Shown one piece after another: positions 38,016 through 49,862 of a stretch of 64,000 bases of DNA. The notes beneath the pieces are model-generated. The model did no database searches. It had not been told where the DNA came from and saw only the letters and a list, made by a program, of their open reading frames with translations. Origin of the DNA: Anolis carolinensis (taxonomy: Eukaryota); NCBI RefSeq assembly GCF_035594765.1, contig NC_085841.1, positions 169,307,574 through 169,371,573 on the forward strand, given 5' to 3'. The translations under genes and the position numbers were made by a program. The stretch's first letter is position 1. Each line of letters begins with the position of its first letter.

Positions 38016-38477
38016 CATTAAGCTATTATAGCACTTTCATACCACACAGTTATGGAATGATTATTCTGCATTAAGTGCCCTGACTTCACATCCTAGGAAA
38101 TCCTAGGATTTGCAGTTGAGGAAGGAGCCTTTGGAACCAAGACAGCTCCCCCATTGCATCTGACCAAAATACAAACCCCAGGATTCCACAGAATATTGCC
38201 GAAGCAGTTATTGGAATTGGAAGCTGTTAAAGTGAAAACTTAGCACTATAACTATGTTAGGCAAAAGCCCCCAATTTGACTGAAAACAATGAGCAACAAG
38301 ATTGCTACCTGGCACTGCAAACATGCTTCTTTATAGAAAAGCTGGGAATGGGCAGAATTTCAATATTAATCAGTAGACGTTGCAAGAGCCTCTCCCCAAC
38401 CTGATGGCCTCTAAATTTGGGATGATGCAACCCCAGTCCAATATATCTGGAGGATGCCAAGTTTGAGAAGGCTATGA

Positions 38478-38772
38478 CAGGTTGAATATATTCTATCTGA
38501 AATGCTTGGGACTGGAAGAGTTTTGGATTTTGAAATACATGTATATACATCTTGGAGATGGGGCCCAGGTCTAAGCTCAAAATTCATTTTTGTTTCATAT
38601 CCACCTGAAACACATAGCCTGAAATAAATTTTGCACACCGTATTATTAACAATATTGTGCGTGATGAACCACCAGAAAGCAAAGGTGTCTCTATTTCAAC
38701 CACCCATGGGGACAATTTTGGATTTTTGAGAATTTTCAATATTGGAATTACAGATAAGAAATGCGCAACCTT
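38478..38772. mobile_element. Tigger4/Zombi-like non-autonomous element
   Basis: CAGGTTGAATAT..TGAAATGCTTGGGAC..GAAG..TTTTGGATTT...ACACATAGCCTGAA...TGAACCACCAGAAAGCAAAGGTGTC resembles my recollection of mammalian Tigger4/MER46. Confidence 0.7.
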
Positions 38773-39800
38773 TGTCAGCAAATCTGTTAAGTTAATCTAT
38801 AGGAATGGGTTTAATTAATTAATTTAGGTATATGCTGGTACCACTGAGAAGACAGTCTTACTAAATTAAAGTTTTGTGTAACTCAACTGTTTTTCTCATA
38901 CAAATATTGAGACAATGTCACTTTGAGATGTGATATCTCAAAGTCCCCACACACTTTAAAGTCAACAACTACCGTTATCATTGATTAATTAAAAAGAAAC
39001 ACAATGAGAAAAATTATGCTTTTTGGCCCTTTAAATATATATTTCCATAATGTTAGCCCTGATTCTGAGTCTTCCGTATCTTTGCTAGCACAAACATGAG
39101 TAGGGACTACCACAAGGAGGCTGCTTTAGACAAAATACTTATGTAGAACATTTTCCCCATTATGTTCATATGCAGAAATCATAAGGCTAACCATCCTTAT
39201 TCATGCTTCTACATAACTCTGCTTGGTGTTGCAGAATAACCTTTGGCAGTTCCATTCAGCATTCTGATTATGTCAGACTGTTATGCTTTAGATTATGGAC
39301 AGATGCAGTATAACCCCCATGTCTACAGAGGATTACATTCCTGGAGTTTGTGTAGATATACAAAACCACAGAAAACAGTGAACCCTAATGAAAGGAAGGG
39401 CTTCTGGTTAAAGAATATCATAGTGTCATATTGGACAAACCTGAAAATGCCTAAAGAGGGAATATTTGGTTGAATATGGAAAAATGAAACTATGGATACC
39501 TGTCCTGTGGATATGGGAGTCAAGCTGGATATTTAACATGTCTCATTGGTTTTCCATATCAACTATTCTTCTGGCCTGCCTACCCCACAAAAAAAAACCC
39601 TATGGGAAAAAAGATTCAACTATGCTCCAAACTCCATCAGACTGGACCTCCTTTTTTATGTAGCTGATGAAGTGGATTCAAGGAGGGGGGGGGGGGTGTT
39701 ACAATTACGACAATAGTGGCACTAATTGGCAACCTTGAATAGGAAACAGTTACAGATGAGCGAATCTAGTAACTGTTCCATATTCATGACTGCTACCTAT

Positions 39801-40100
39801 CACCTTATCACATTGAGAAATTTCCCAGGCGTAGGACACTTCAGTCTCTTTTCAAGTATGGAGAGGCACAGAGCTCATCCCATGAGTTAAATTTCTTCTG
39901 GCCATAATGCACAGCCCTCCATGGTTGAAAAGATGCAGAAGTGTCCAGAAAAGAGGGAACTCTAGCAAATGACCTCATCACATGGAGACATTTCTCCTGA
40001 TAGGACACTTCAGCGTCTTTTCGAGCATTAGGAGACACTGAGCTCATCACATGTTCCAGGGCTGAAAAGAGGCAGAAATGTCCCGAAAGGAGGGAACTCT
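39801..40100. repeat. Degenerate two-unit tandem repeat, each unit carrying an inverted repeat
   Basis: Units 39801-39963 and 39971-40100 share ATCACAT.GAGA.ATTT, AGGACACTTCAG, GAGCTCATC.CATG, TGAAAAGA.GCAGAA.TGTCC and GAGGGAACTCT. Confidence 0.8.
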
Positions 40101-40239
40101 GAACACAGGCCAACAATCAAGTCCAGAACTCCTTCCTCTTATGATACTTTACTCCCATGTTTAAAACTGAAAAACAGGTGGGATGGGAATCATCAAAAGT
40201 TTCCCATTCTCTTTCATTGTCCAACCATCAGCAGCCTCT

Positions 40240-40465
40240 TGTATCCTATGGGGTTTGCTGCAAAACAATATGATCCTATGGAAAGAAATGTCTTTAACCT
40301 GGATCACTGTCCTTTGTATCCTATGGAATTTGATACAGAACAATAAAATCCCATGGAAATAATGGTTTCAACCTGGATCATTCTTTCTTGTATCATATGG
40401 GGTTTGGGGCAGAATAATAGGATCCCATGGAAAGAAGTAGTTTTAAACTGGTGCCAATCTCCCTT
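40240..40465. repeat. Degenerate 74-75 bp tandem repeat, 3 units
   Basis: Units start TGTATC at 40240, 40315 and 40389 with shared ATCC.ATGGAAA and AACCTGGATCA. Confidence 0.8.
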
Positions 40466-41017
40466 AATGTAAGGGGCTTTGGGCAGGGCAATGGATCTCT
40501 TAGTTTTTGGATACTGTTATGTCTCCTGATTTTTTTAAAAAGTATGTGATGAATGTAAAAGATGAATGTATTACCAGTTCTTAAGTTTCCAAGTGTGAGT
40601 GTGATGAGGAGGCAAAACTCGAAACAGGACTGCTGACAATGTAAGAGGGGCAATTCTCTCCTCTTAAAGAGCCAGTCACCCATGCTTTCTCCTCTCAATG
40701 TGATGAGGTGGTTAGTCACAATTAATTTCCCTCATTCTACCTACTTTATCAGCTATCATCAACTCTGTGCTGAGAACGTGGTCCATTCTGCCAGTGACAG
40801 GAACATAACTGAACAAGTTTGGGGAAAGGGGGCAGTATCGCTAAGTATATTACGTAGCTTGATGCAACATTCTGACCATCACTTTTAGTCATGCTCTTGC
40901 AAAAAAAAAAAAAAGAGAGAGAGTAACTTTTAAAATGATATGGCTATATATGAGCAACATAACAACCAGTTGGCTCTTTAACAAAAGACATTTCTATTTG
41001 CTGATGTAGGTGGTTCT

Positions 41018-41157
41018 TCACTTTCCAGTCCTGGCAACCATCTGAATGGCCTTGATCCACTCGGTGCGTTCTGCTGAGGTGGCTGCTTGCAAGACGTAGT
41101 GCACTTCATTGGCAGTAATGATTTCAAAGAGATTTCCTCCAACTTCATTTTTCTTGC
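41018..41157 (-). CDS. PLEK: PLEK exon 9 CDS (KKNEVGGNLFEIITANEVHYVLQAATSAERTEWIKAIQMVARTGK*)
   Basis: AATCAG|GC acceptor; ends RTGK-TGA like mammalian pleckstrin. Confidence 0.96.
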
Positions 41158-41879
41158 CTGATTGTTGGAGAAAAAAAGAATGTGAGTGAAGGAATGCTTG
41201 TTTCAGTGTCTTTCCCACAATACAAGAAGACCTTCTGTTTCTACATGATAAAAAGAGGGAACTTTTCCCGTTTCCTCTCAATAAATCCACACCAAGGTAA
41301 GCTTCGTCTTCATTATGAATTCAGAATAACAATTGACAGGACTGGCCAAAACATTTGGCTGCCTGAAAAAGAATGAAGATTGATGCTCCCACTTCCCTTG
41401 AGTAAATCAAGATGTATGGCAAGTTTACCCTCCTTCCCTAACAGCAAAAATGACACAGAAATCCCAGCAATCTTACTGGCTGTTAGGAATTGTGGTAGTT
41501 GAAATTCAATATACCTGGAGGGCTGAAGTTTGCCCATGCCTGACATAGAGCTAAAATACTTAGGAGTCAATATCTCGATATACACCGAAGGCACCCTTTT
41601 GGTGAAGGGCAGAAACAGGACCATTCCCACCCCCAATGGTTCGGGCAGGTAAAGGGTGGGCAAAAGGGATTATCCTTAGAGCAGCCTTCAATTTTCTAAC
41701 TCCAATGCAATCTCCATGGTTTGGAGTTGGAATACTGAAAGCAGATTTCTGTTTATGTTTCAGAAGACAATATTTTGTATTTAATAATTTGCTTCTAGGT
41801 CTTGAATGCATTATGAATATTTGCAAAAGAAAAACCACTGACTTGAGAGAGTGATAATTTATTTCTGCTTAATGCCTAC

Positions 41880-41949
41880 CATCAGGTGCATCTTCAACTG
41901 CTGTGACCACACAACCTCTCAGGTGAATAGCTCCAAGTGGCTCTTCTCC
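41880..41949 (-). CDS. PLEK: PLEK exon 8 (GEEPLGAIHLRGCVVTAVEDAPD)
   Basis: TTTCAG|GGA acceptor, G|GTAGGC donor, 70 nt. Confidence 0.96.
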
Positions 41950-41978
41950 CTGAAAGCAATTTCAAAATGACTTGAAGG

Positions 41979-41979
41979 C

Positions 41980-42010
<31 letters not shown>

Positions 42011-42011
42011 C
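41979..42011. repeat. (CAA)n microsatellite about 30 nt upstream of the PLEK exon 8 acceptor
   Basis: Direct reading. Confidence 0.9.
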
Positions 42012-42408
42012 CACTACTACCAATGGACTGGCACATGCAGACTTACAACCTCATCACATGCGCTTTCAGCCTATCCTAAGACACTGCCAAGACTCACTCA
42101 GCACGGAACCCGACGAAGCCCATTGCAAGATGCAGGGCACCATGCTAAGTGGCAGTCCTGAGAACATTGGTGACTATCCGTGTTCTCATAGAGAAAGCTG
42201 GGGACAGTGTGAGATCAAGATCAAGATGGGGCCTGATGGATTTCAGCGTGGAATGGTAAGAGGGTGATGCAGGGTGTTGCTCTAAGGTGCTAATGATAAA
42301 AAGCAACTCATACCAATAACAAAGTAAACATTCTTTGAAAGGTGGTTTCTCATGTTTCAAAACTTTTTAAAAACATGCTCTAGTAAAATCACAGAGAAAT
42401 AGGCTTAC

Positions 42409-42492
42409 CCCAGCAGGATCATAGTAGTGCATGTAGGCAGGGTCTTCTCTCAGCACAAACTTTCGTACTTTCCAGTTTTTCCTCCTATGACC
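42409..42492 (-). CDS. PLEK: PLEK exon 7 (GHRRKNWKVRKFVLREDPAYMHYYDPAG)
   Basis: ATTTAG|GGT acceptor, GGG|GTAAGC donor, 84 nt; PH2 domain. Confidence 0.97.
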
Positions 42493-42717
42493 CTAAATTA
42501 AATTTAATGAATGAATAAAATAAAGTTAAATGCTATTTGTTGAAGCTGGCCAACATATCATAGTAAATGCTGACATTTACATTTATTTCACTGGAGTCAA
42601 ACTACATTCATGGAGCAGTTTTGTTGCTATAGCACAAACATAACTGTAATAGTCATTATACCTAGTTCTTCATGACATTATTATTATTTGGATATGAGAA
42701 ACCTGCATGTGAACATC

Positions 42718-42764
<47 letters not shown>

Positions 42765-42766
<2 letters not shown>

Positions 42767-43120
42767 CTGGCAGAAACCAGTGCAGGTGGTCCCAGTGGTG
42801 ATGGGTACACTGGGTGCCGTGCCAAAAGATCTCAGCCGGCATTTGGAAACAATAGACATTGACAAAATTACGATCTGCCAACGGCAAAAGGCCACCCTAC
42901 TGGGATCTGGGTCGACTTGTGATTTTGTGATACGAAATCCAGTATATCGATCTTGTTTGCTGTGTCATAATAAAATAAGCCAACGGCAAAAGGCCACCCT
43001 ACTGGGATCTGCACGCATCATCCGAAAATATATCACACAGTCCTAGACACTTGGGAAGTGTCCGACTTGTGATTTTGTGATATGAAATCCAGCATATCGA
43101 TCTTGTTTGCTGTGTCATAC
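42765..43120 (+). mobile_element. R4/Dong-clade non-LTR retrotransposon 3' end inserted at a (TAA)n microsatellite
   Basis: ORF end LWQKPVQVVPVVMGTLGAVPK...QKATLLGSARIIRKYIT* resembles the restriction-like endonuclease C-terminus; directly follows (TAA)n at 42719-42764. Confidence 0.75.
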
Positions 43121-43134
43121 AATATAACAACAAC

Positions 43135-44135
43135 TCTATTTTTGTATCCTGCCTCCATCTCCCCGAAGGGACTCAGGGCGGCTCACATGGGGACAAGCCC
43201 AACAACAATATAGATTAAAACACAGATCCATAAATTAAAACATTGTAACAATATAAAACAAACACATCAACAGAATTTAAAACCTGGACATAATAGTAAC
43301 TGAATATTCAGAAGGTAAAATTGTGCTGAACTCTGACTAGGGCTCCTGGGTAGAATAAGGGCGATAAGTGATAAGGGTGGAGGAACAGTCTCAATAAAAC
43401 ACTGAACACCTATAAAGGTGAGGAACAATGATAAAGTGCGGTAAAAATTGTAAACAGGCTAAGTATCTGGTGGGACTATTTACTCAAAGGCGCACTGGAA
43501 CATCCACTTTTTACATCCTTGTGGAAGGGGGGCAGGGTAGGTGCCAGTCTGATCTCCCTGGGGAGAGGGTTCCAGAGCCGAGGGGCCACCAACTAGAAGG
43601 CCCTATCCTTCGGCCCCACCAACCATGCTTGAGACGGAGGTGAGAGAAGATCTTAAAGCTCACATGGGTTCGTAGGGGAGGAGGCAATCGCAGAGATAAG
43701 CAGGTCCTGAACTGTTTAGGGCTTTATAGGTGATAATCTGCACCTTGAACTGGAAACTTATTAGTAGCCAGTGGAGCTGCTTGAACAGGAGGGTTGACCG
43801 CTCTCTGTAGCTTGCTCTAGTTATTAGTCTGGCCACTGATCTTTGTACCAACTGTAGTTTCTGAGCCATCTTCAAAGGCAGCCCCACAAAGAGTGCATTG
43901 CAGCAATCCAGCCTGGAGGTAACTAAGGCGTGGACCACCATGGCCAAGTCAGACTTCATGAGGTACGGTGACAGCTGGCACACAAGCTTTGACTGTGCAA
44001 AGGCCCTCCCGGCCACTGCTGACACCTGGGCATCAAGCTTCAGCACTGAGTCCAGAAGGACCCCCAGACTGCGGACCTGCGTCCTTGGGGGAAGCATAAC
44101 CCTGTCGAGCACAGGTTGTCACCCTATGTCCCAAT
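43135..44135 (-). mobile_element. L2-clade LINE 3' part (continues at 46159-46250 after a hAT insertion)
   Basis: VRSLGVLLDS..VHALVTSRLDCCNAL..LQLVQ..LHWL ORF2 C-terminus; 3' stem-loop tail at 43135-43190; upstream part DWMRANKLKLNPDKTE at 46159-46250. Confidence 0.9.
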
Positions 44136-46158
44136 CAGAGCCGGCCCAAGATAATTTTCAAGTGTAAGCGAATAGAAATTTTGGTGCCCCCCCCCCCACA
44201 CACACACACACACCAAACCACATGAACGGGCCAGCAGAGCATTGGATAAGCAAAAATGTTGGATAATATGAAGGCCAAGTGTGAATAACTGCAGTTGATC
44301 ACCTTGATTAGCATAGAATAGCCTTGCTAGACATGGTTATGGTTGTTGAGCATTATTCCTAGCAGTGCAATAATTGAGGACTTTTTAAGTATTGACCACT
44401 GGACTGATTCTGGACTATGATTTTGAATTTATGTGGTTGTAATTGTTGTTTTTAGTAGTTTTTGTTTTAATGTTTGAGTTTAATTGTCATTATATTATTG
44501 GAATTTGTATGTCGGCCATCAAATTGTTGCCACCCTGAGTCCTCTTCGGGTGAGAAGGGCGGGACAGAAGTATGGGAAATAAATAAATAAATAAATAAAT
44601 AGTAAAAAAAGGACAGTAAAAAAAGGACAGTAAAAAAGAACACTCAAAAACAGGGGAATTCCAAACATGAAACAATCAGGGCCAGCTAACACCTCTCAAC
44701 AAAGATATACGAACCCCACTTGCTTAGTTTCCAACAGACCTCACAACCTCTGAGGATGCCTGCCATTGACTGCCATAGATGTGGCCCTCCTCTGGACACT
44801 TTCCAGCATTATTTGGCAGAGAAGGAGAAAGAATTTGGGCCCTTCCACACAGCTCTATAACCCAGGATATCAAGGCAGGATAACCCACATTACCTGCTTT
44901 GAACTGGATTGTCTGAATCCTTACTGCCATATATCCCAGTTCAAAGCAGGTAATGTGGGTTATTTGTTTGAAGCCATTCTTCCATGTTCTAGTCTCCAAG
45001 GCAGAAGACAACAAGCTTGCTCCCTCCTCCCTATGACTGCCTCTCACATAATTATACATGATGAGGAAATTCCCAGCTTGATTTCGTCCCCGCAGGCTAT
45101 ATGATTATGTGGGATGCAGGACTTCTTTGGGGTCAGAAACACCATTTCCCGCCAAAGGGAAGGGGATGGGGTCTCAGAAACATAATGAGGCAACATAACA
45201 CATGGGCAAGTAGGAACACATAGACAGAAACACTGAGCTTTTAGGGCAATTTTATATACATGAGAGATGTAGTTTCCCAAAGTACCCTAGCAAGCCAGAC
45301 TCCTTGGCACATAAATCCTGGGGGACTCTAAAGAGAGGGATGAAGGAAGGAATGTCCCTAAGTTTGGGAAGGCACGGGGCCAGGATGGCCCCGATAGAGG
45401 GAAAAGATGAACTGATTGCAAGAGAGAGAATAAGTATAAGTTCCGAATTGCTATTGTTACAGGGCAGTCGGTGGCTCCCAGAGAGAACACACCACTCTCA
45501 GAACCACGAGGCTGCGAGTTCGAATCCCGCTCAGGGACAAAAATGTCAAAATCAGTTGGAAATGTTTTGCCAGAGAAGGCAAGGCTTGACAGCTCGATTT
45601 ATTTATTTACTACATTTATATGCTGCCCTTCTCACCCCAAAGGGGACTCAGAGCAGCTTACAAATTACATTCACATACAATACATTATATTATTAGCATA
45701 GTAAAATAATAGTATTAAATTACTATATTGTACTAAATCATTACATTGTAATATTATTAGTAATATTACATTTAATATATAATATATAATTAAAATTATT
45801 AAATTGTATTATTATCAGTATTATATCATAATAAATAAATAAATAAAGTTTTATTATTATTATTCTTAGAAGGTAAAGGGAAAAGATGAACTGATTGCAA
45901 GAGAGAGAATAAGTATAAGTTCCGAATTGCTATTGTTACAGGGCAGTCGGTGGCTCCCAGAGAGAGTACACCACACTCAGAACCAGGAGGCTGCAAATCC
46001 CACTCAGGGACAAAAATGTCAAAATCAGCTGGAAAAAGGCACGGAGGGTACGGGGTGCACGGAGAGCTGCCAAGGCACATGTTTTGCCCGAGAGTGCCCC
46101 CCGTCGATGTGCGCCCAACTCCGAGGCGTAATTGGCGTCCCATGTTGGACCGGCCCTG
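44136..46158. mobile_element. Composite non-autonomous hAT element (2023 bp)
   Basis: TIRs CAGAGCCGGCCC / GGACCGGCCCTG, perfect 8-bp TSD GTCCCAAT at 44128-44135 and 46159-46166; interrupts the L2 ORF. Confidence 0.88.
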
Positions 46159-46289
46159 GTCCCAATCGGCCACATGACTGACCTGGGGGACCTCTGTCTT
46201 GTCAGGATTAAGTTTCAGCTTGTTTGCCCTCATCCAGTCCATATGTTCAACCGGCATATGAAAAGGTTTCGAGAGTGCATTGGCATATA

Positions 46290-46946
46290 CTGTATATACT
46301 CGAGTATAAGCCTAGTTTTTCAGCCCTCTTTTTAAGACTGAAAAAGCCCCCCTCGGCTTATACTCAGGTGAGGATCCAGATTGGCTTATATTTGGGTCAG
46401 CTTATACTCGAGAATATATGGTACATTTATTATTTTTCTCTATTATTATTGGTATTATTACATTTATTATTTTTCTTTATTATTGTTGCTACAATTACAT
46501 TTATTTTACTCTATTTTTATTATTATTAATACATTTATTATTTCACTCTGATATTATTATTATTATTATTATTGCATTTATTATTTTACTCTATTTATTA
46601 TTACATGTATTATTTTCCTGTATTTATTATTATTATTATTATTATTACATGTATTATTTTACTCTATTATTATTAAAAGGATACATAAGCACATTTACAT
46701 TGAAGAAGATGAGAATGATGATTTGATCAGAGTTGGACAGTCTTATCTTAAATTTGAGCTTTATGTAAATAATCAAAAACATTTAACCTACTGATGCCTC
46801 AATTAATGTAATTTTATTGGTATCTATTTTTATTTCTGAAATTTATCATCCTCGGCTTATACTGGAGTCAATGTTTTCCCAGTTTTTTTGTGGTAAAATT
46901 AGGTGCCTCGGCTTATATTCGGGTCGGCTTATACTCAAGTATATGG
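46290..46946. mobile_element. Tc1/pogo-like MITE with AT-rich interior
   Basis: TA-CTGTATATACTCGAGTATAAGCC ... CGGCTTATACTCAAGTATATGG-TA, with repeated CGGCTTATA subterminal motifs. Confidence 0.82.
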
Positions 46947-48496
46947 TAATATTTCTTAGGAAAATTATATTCAGAATTCTGCTTTATAAACAAAAAACCT
47001 TTAAAAAAAACCCTATATTGTATATTTATTTTAAAATACCACACATACACAGACATACTTTGAACAGCATAGAGAAAGGTGTTTTGTTGTCTGTGGTCCT
47101 TTTCAGAAGATTTCACCTCACTTTCTGTCCCTGTGATAATTGGATTTTTAAAAAGTTGGCTTGTTGTGGAAACAAAGATTGATGATAAAGCTTTGGTGGA
47201 GACATCATCTCCCCATGATAACTCTTTCAAGAATGAAGTACCCTTCCGAGGGGTAGATATCTCTCACTTCCTGTTGTCTCACCACTCCCCTTCTTAACTA
47301 TGAGTCATTTGTAAGTCAGATGTTTGTAACTCGGAGACTGCCTATATTTATAATCATATGTATATCAAACATATGTATAATGGCCAAACAGGTTTAGAGC
47401 ATTTTAATGCAATTTATTTTTGGTTATCAATTTTGGATTCTAAGTGTGATATCTATATTTGAAGCTTGAGATACATTAATTCAGATTATTTTTCATACAT
47501 TCTTCTAACCTACCCTTTCCCAAATAAATTTGTTTTTATATTGAAGCAAAGCAAAAGCAGAACAAAGGTCACAAAGTGGGCTATAATAGAGTTTCCAAAG
47601 AATGAGTGTCTCCTATTTGGGTTTATAACAAGCACTACATCCTTTGATTGCAATTTTTGGCTCCTTCCTTTTTTCCTGAACCAGACTGATATGTAAGAAG
47701 CAAACAGTGCTTCACTCTCTCATGATTGGTGGCTCAGAGTTAATGCCCAAAAATTTGCAGTGGGTTCAGTGTGTAATATTTCCGGCGAATGTTAGAACTT
47801 CTCAGTTACATACTAGGCTAGCATGAGTCATGTTGCAATCTCAAGGAGTTACGTGATGCACTCCATACACTCTGTACGTGATGCCAGTGTGGCTATTCTG
47901 CTAGAACAGTGCAAAGCTCTTAATAAATTACCAGAAGGAGAATGCCATATTATATACATCCATAACAGGGATCTCTTACACAGAGACATGTTACGGTCTA
48001 GTGTTTCTGTCCTAAATAACCTTCCAAAACTATCTTCAGTGAAGGTTTCAATATATGAAGGTGAAGAAAGTGCATGGGGCAATCTTGGGATGTTTGAATG
48101 GGCTGGGCCGAAGAGAAGCCTTTTTAAAATCAGGAAGTTAACTTCCTTCCCCAAAGTCAAAAAAATAATTTAAACATGAATGGAGATGCAGCCAGGAAGC
48201 TGTTCTCTGAGGTCCCGTTGAGGATTGTCCACACCAGCAATTCATGCACTTTATAATGACACATTTGAGTGCCATCCCACTACCAGGCAGGCTGAAAGGA
48301 TTTTAGTCTGGAGTACGTCTTTCTTTCGTGCTGGGAATGGCTGGTTCAACACTGATCATATAATGCAGATTGGACTGCATTGCAAGGACAGTGTAGAATC
48401 ATATAATGCAGTATGGTTCCATAATGCAATTCAATGAAGTTTGAATTGTATTACATAAACTGTATTTTGCAGGCATAGTAGCCAAGAACTCTGTGG

Positions 48497-49195
48497 GGAC
48501 CCATCCAAACAAGCCCAAAAACCGGAGCCTGTCTTGGTTTTACTGGAGGCGTCCAAATGACACCTTCAGTAAAATAGAATTAATTTGGAACAAACAAGGA
48601 TTTCCCTGTTTTTTCCAAATTAATGAAATACCTGGTAAGATTTGGATCTTATAGTAAAATCCGGGTCTTACCAAGTGTGGACCCTGTGTAGATTGGGCCG
48701 AGGGACCACGTCATGCGATTCCCAGGCCCAATCCACACAGCCATCTTGGTTTTTTGGGCTCCAAGAGCCTGAAAAACCAAGAAGGCGCCCAACCCCTCCT
48801 CCAAACCCCAAATGTACCCCTAAAAATAAAATTAAACTTACCTGTCCACCATTACATTCCTCCTTGCGCCCTCCTGGCATGAGGAAATGATGTGGAAGGA
48901 GACAGGGGGGTGAGAAGGGATTTTTCTCCTCAGCCCTCCCCCAACTCCTGTTGCGAGGAGGAAACTAATGGCAGCCAGATAAGTTTTATTTTCTTTTTAA
49001 GGGTACATTTGGGGTCTTCAGGGTGGCTACATGCCATCCTGATTATATTTGGGATGGCATGTAGCCGCCACCACCTCTGGGAAAGTTTGGTTTTTTTTGG
49101 GAGAGTGGGGATGGGAATCTGTGCCAAAGTGGCTTTTTAAAATCCGCTTTTAAAACCTGTTTTGGTGTGCATTTAGGACCTGTCTGAAAGCACCC
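48497..49195. mobile_element. Long degenerate palindromic MITE (Harbinger-like)
   Basis: Inverted inner arms CCCCAAATGTACCC..AAAATAAAA..CTTA and TAAG..TTTTATTTT..GGGTACATTTGGGG; imperfect termini. Confidence 0.5.
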
Positions 49196-49757
49196 TGAGT
49201 TTGTTCTTGACTAATGGGAGTGCTTTATTTGCTGCACCCATTTACAGTATTTAGCAGCAAATTGCCACCTAGCAATACAATGCATGATGCTGCAGGTGAA
49301 AAGAGTATTTTAAATTGTTTGAAACGTGTTTTTTCTTGAGTGATGGGAAATGCTAGAGGAGAATCTTAGACTGGCAAGAAACATGGCAGTTCGAAACTTA
49401 TTCTGCATGAAAAATGCATGGGTTTCTTTTTTGTCGATGTCTGTGCAGAAAGTTTTCTGTACACACAATGATACTATTCCTCCATCCCACCCTGAACTGT
49501 AAAGAGTTTTTCAAAACTTCATAGGTTTCAATAACTATCTCACAGCAAGTTCAAAAATGCTGCAAATTATTCTTTCTTGCATTCAAAATATGATTCACGA
49601 AGACTTCATCCCTACCACACACCGAGAACCCACTTGAGAAAGTCAAAGGAAAGTTTGGAATATCTCTTCTGGAATGACTTTAGAGAGATTTCTATATTTG
49701 CACGAGATGGATTTTCTTTCTGTGCCATCTCAGCAAAAAGGATTTATAGATACTGAC

Positions 49758-49862
49758 CTGTTTCAGTAGACATCCCTGTTTGATCACCACGCCTCTGAAC
49801 TCCTCCTTGAAAACCCCATCATCGTCACTGGAATTTCCTTCACAGAAGAATCCACTGTCTGC
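49758..49862 (-). CDS. PLEK: PLEK exon 6 (ADSGFFCEGNSSDDDGVFKEEFRGVVIKQGCLLKQ)
   Basis: AAACAG|GCA acceptor, CAG|GTCAGT donor, 105 nt. Confidence 0.97.

Noticed and set aside
40240-40465. CRISPR-like repeat-spacer pattern
   Set aside because: Eukaryotic DNA; units are similar along their whole length with no unique spacers and no cas genes.
45462-45540. Possible tRNA gene
   Set aside because: Has a B-box but I could not build a convincing cloverleaf; lies inside a transposon.
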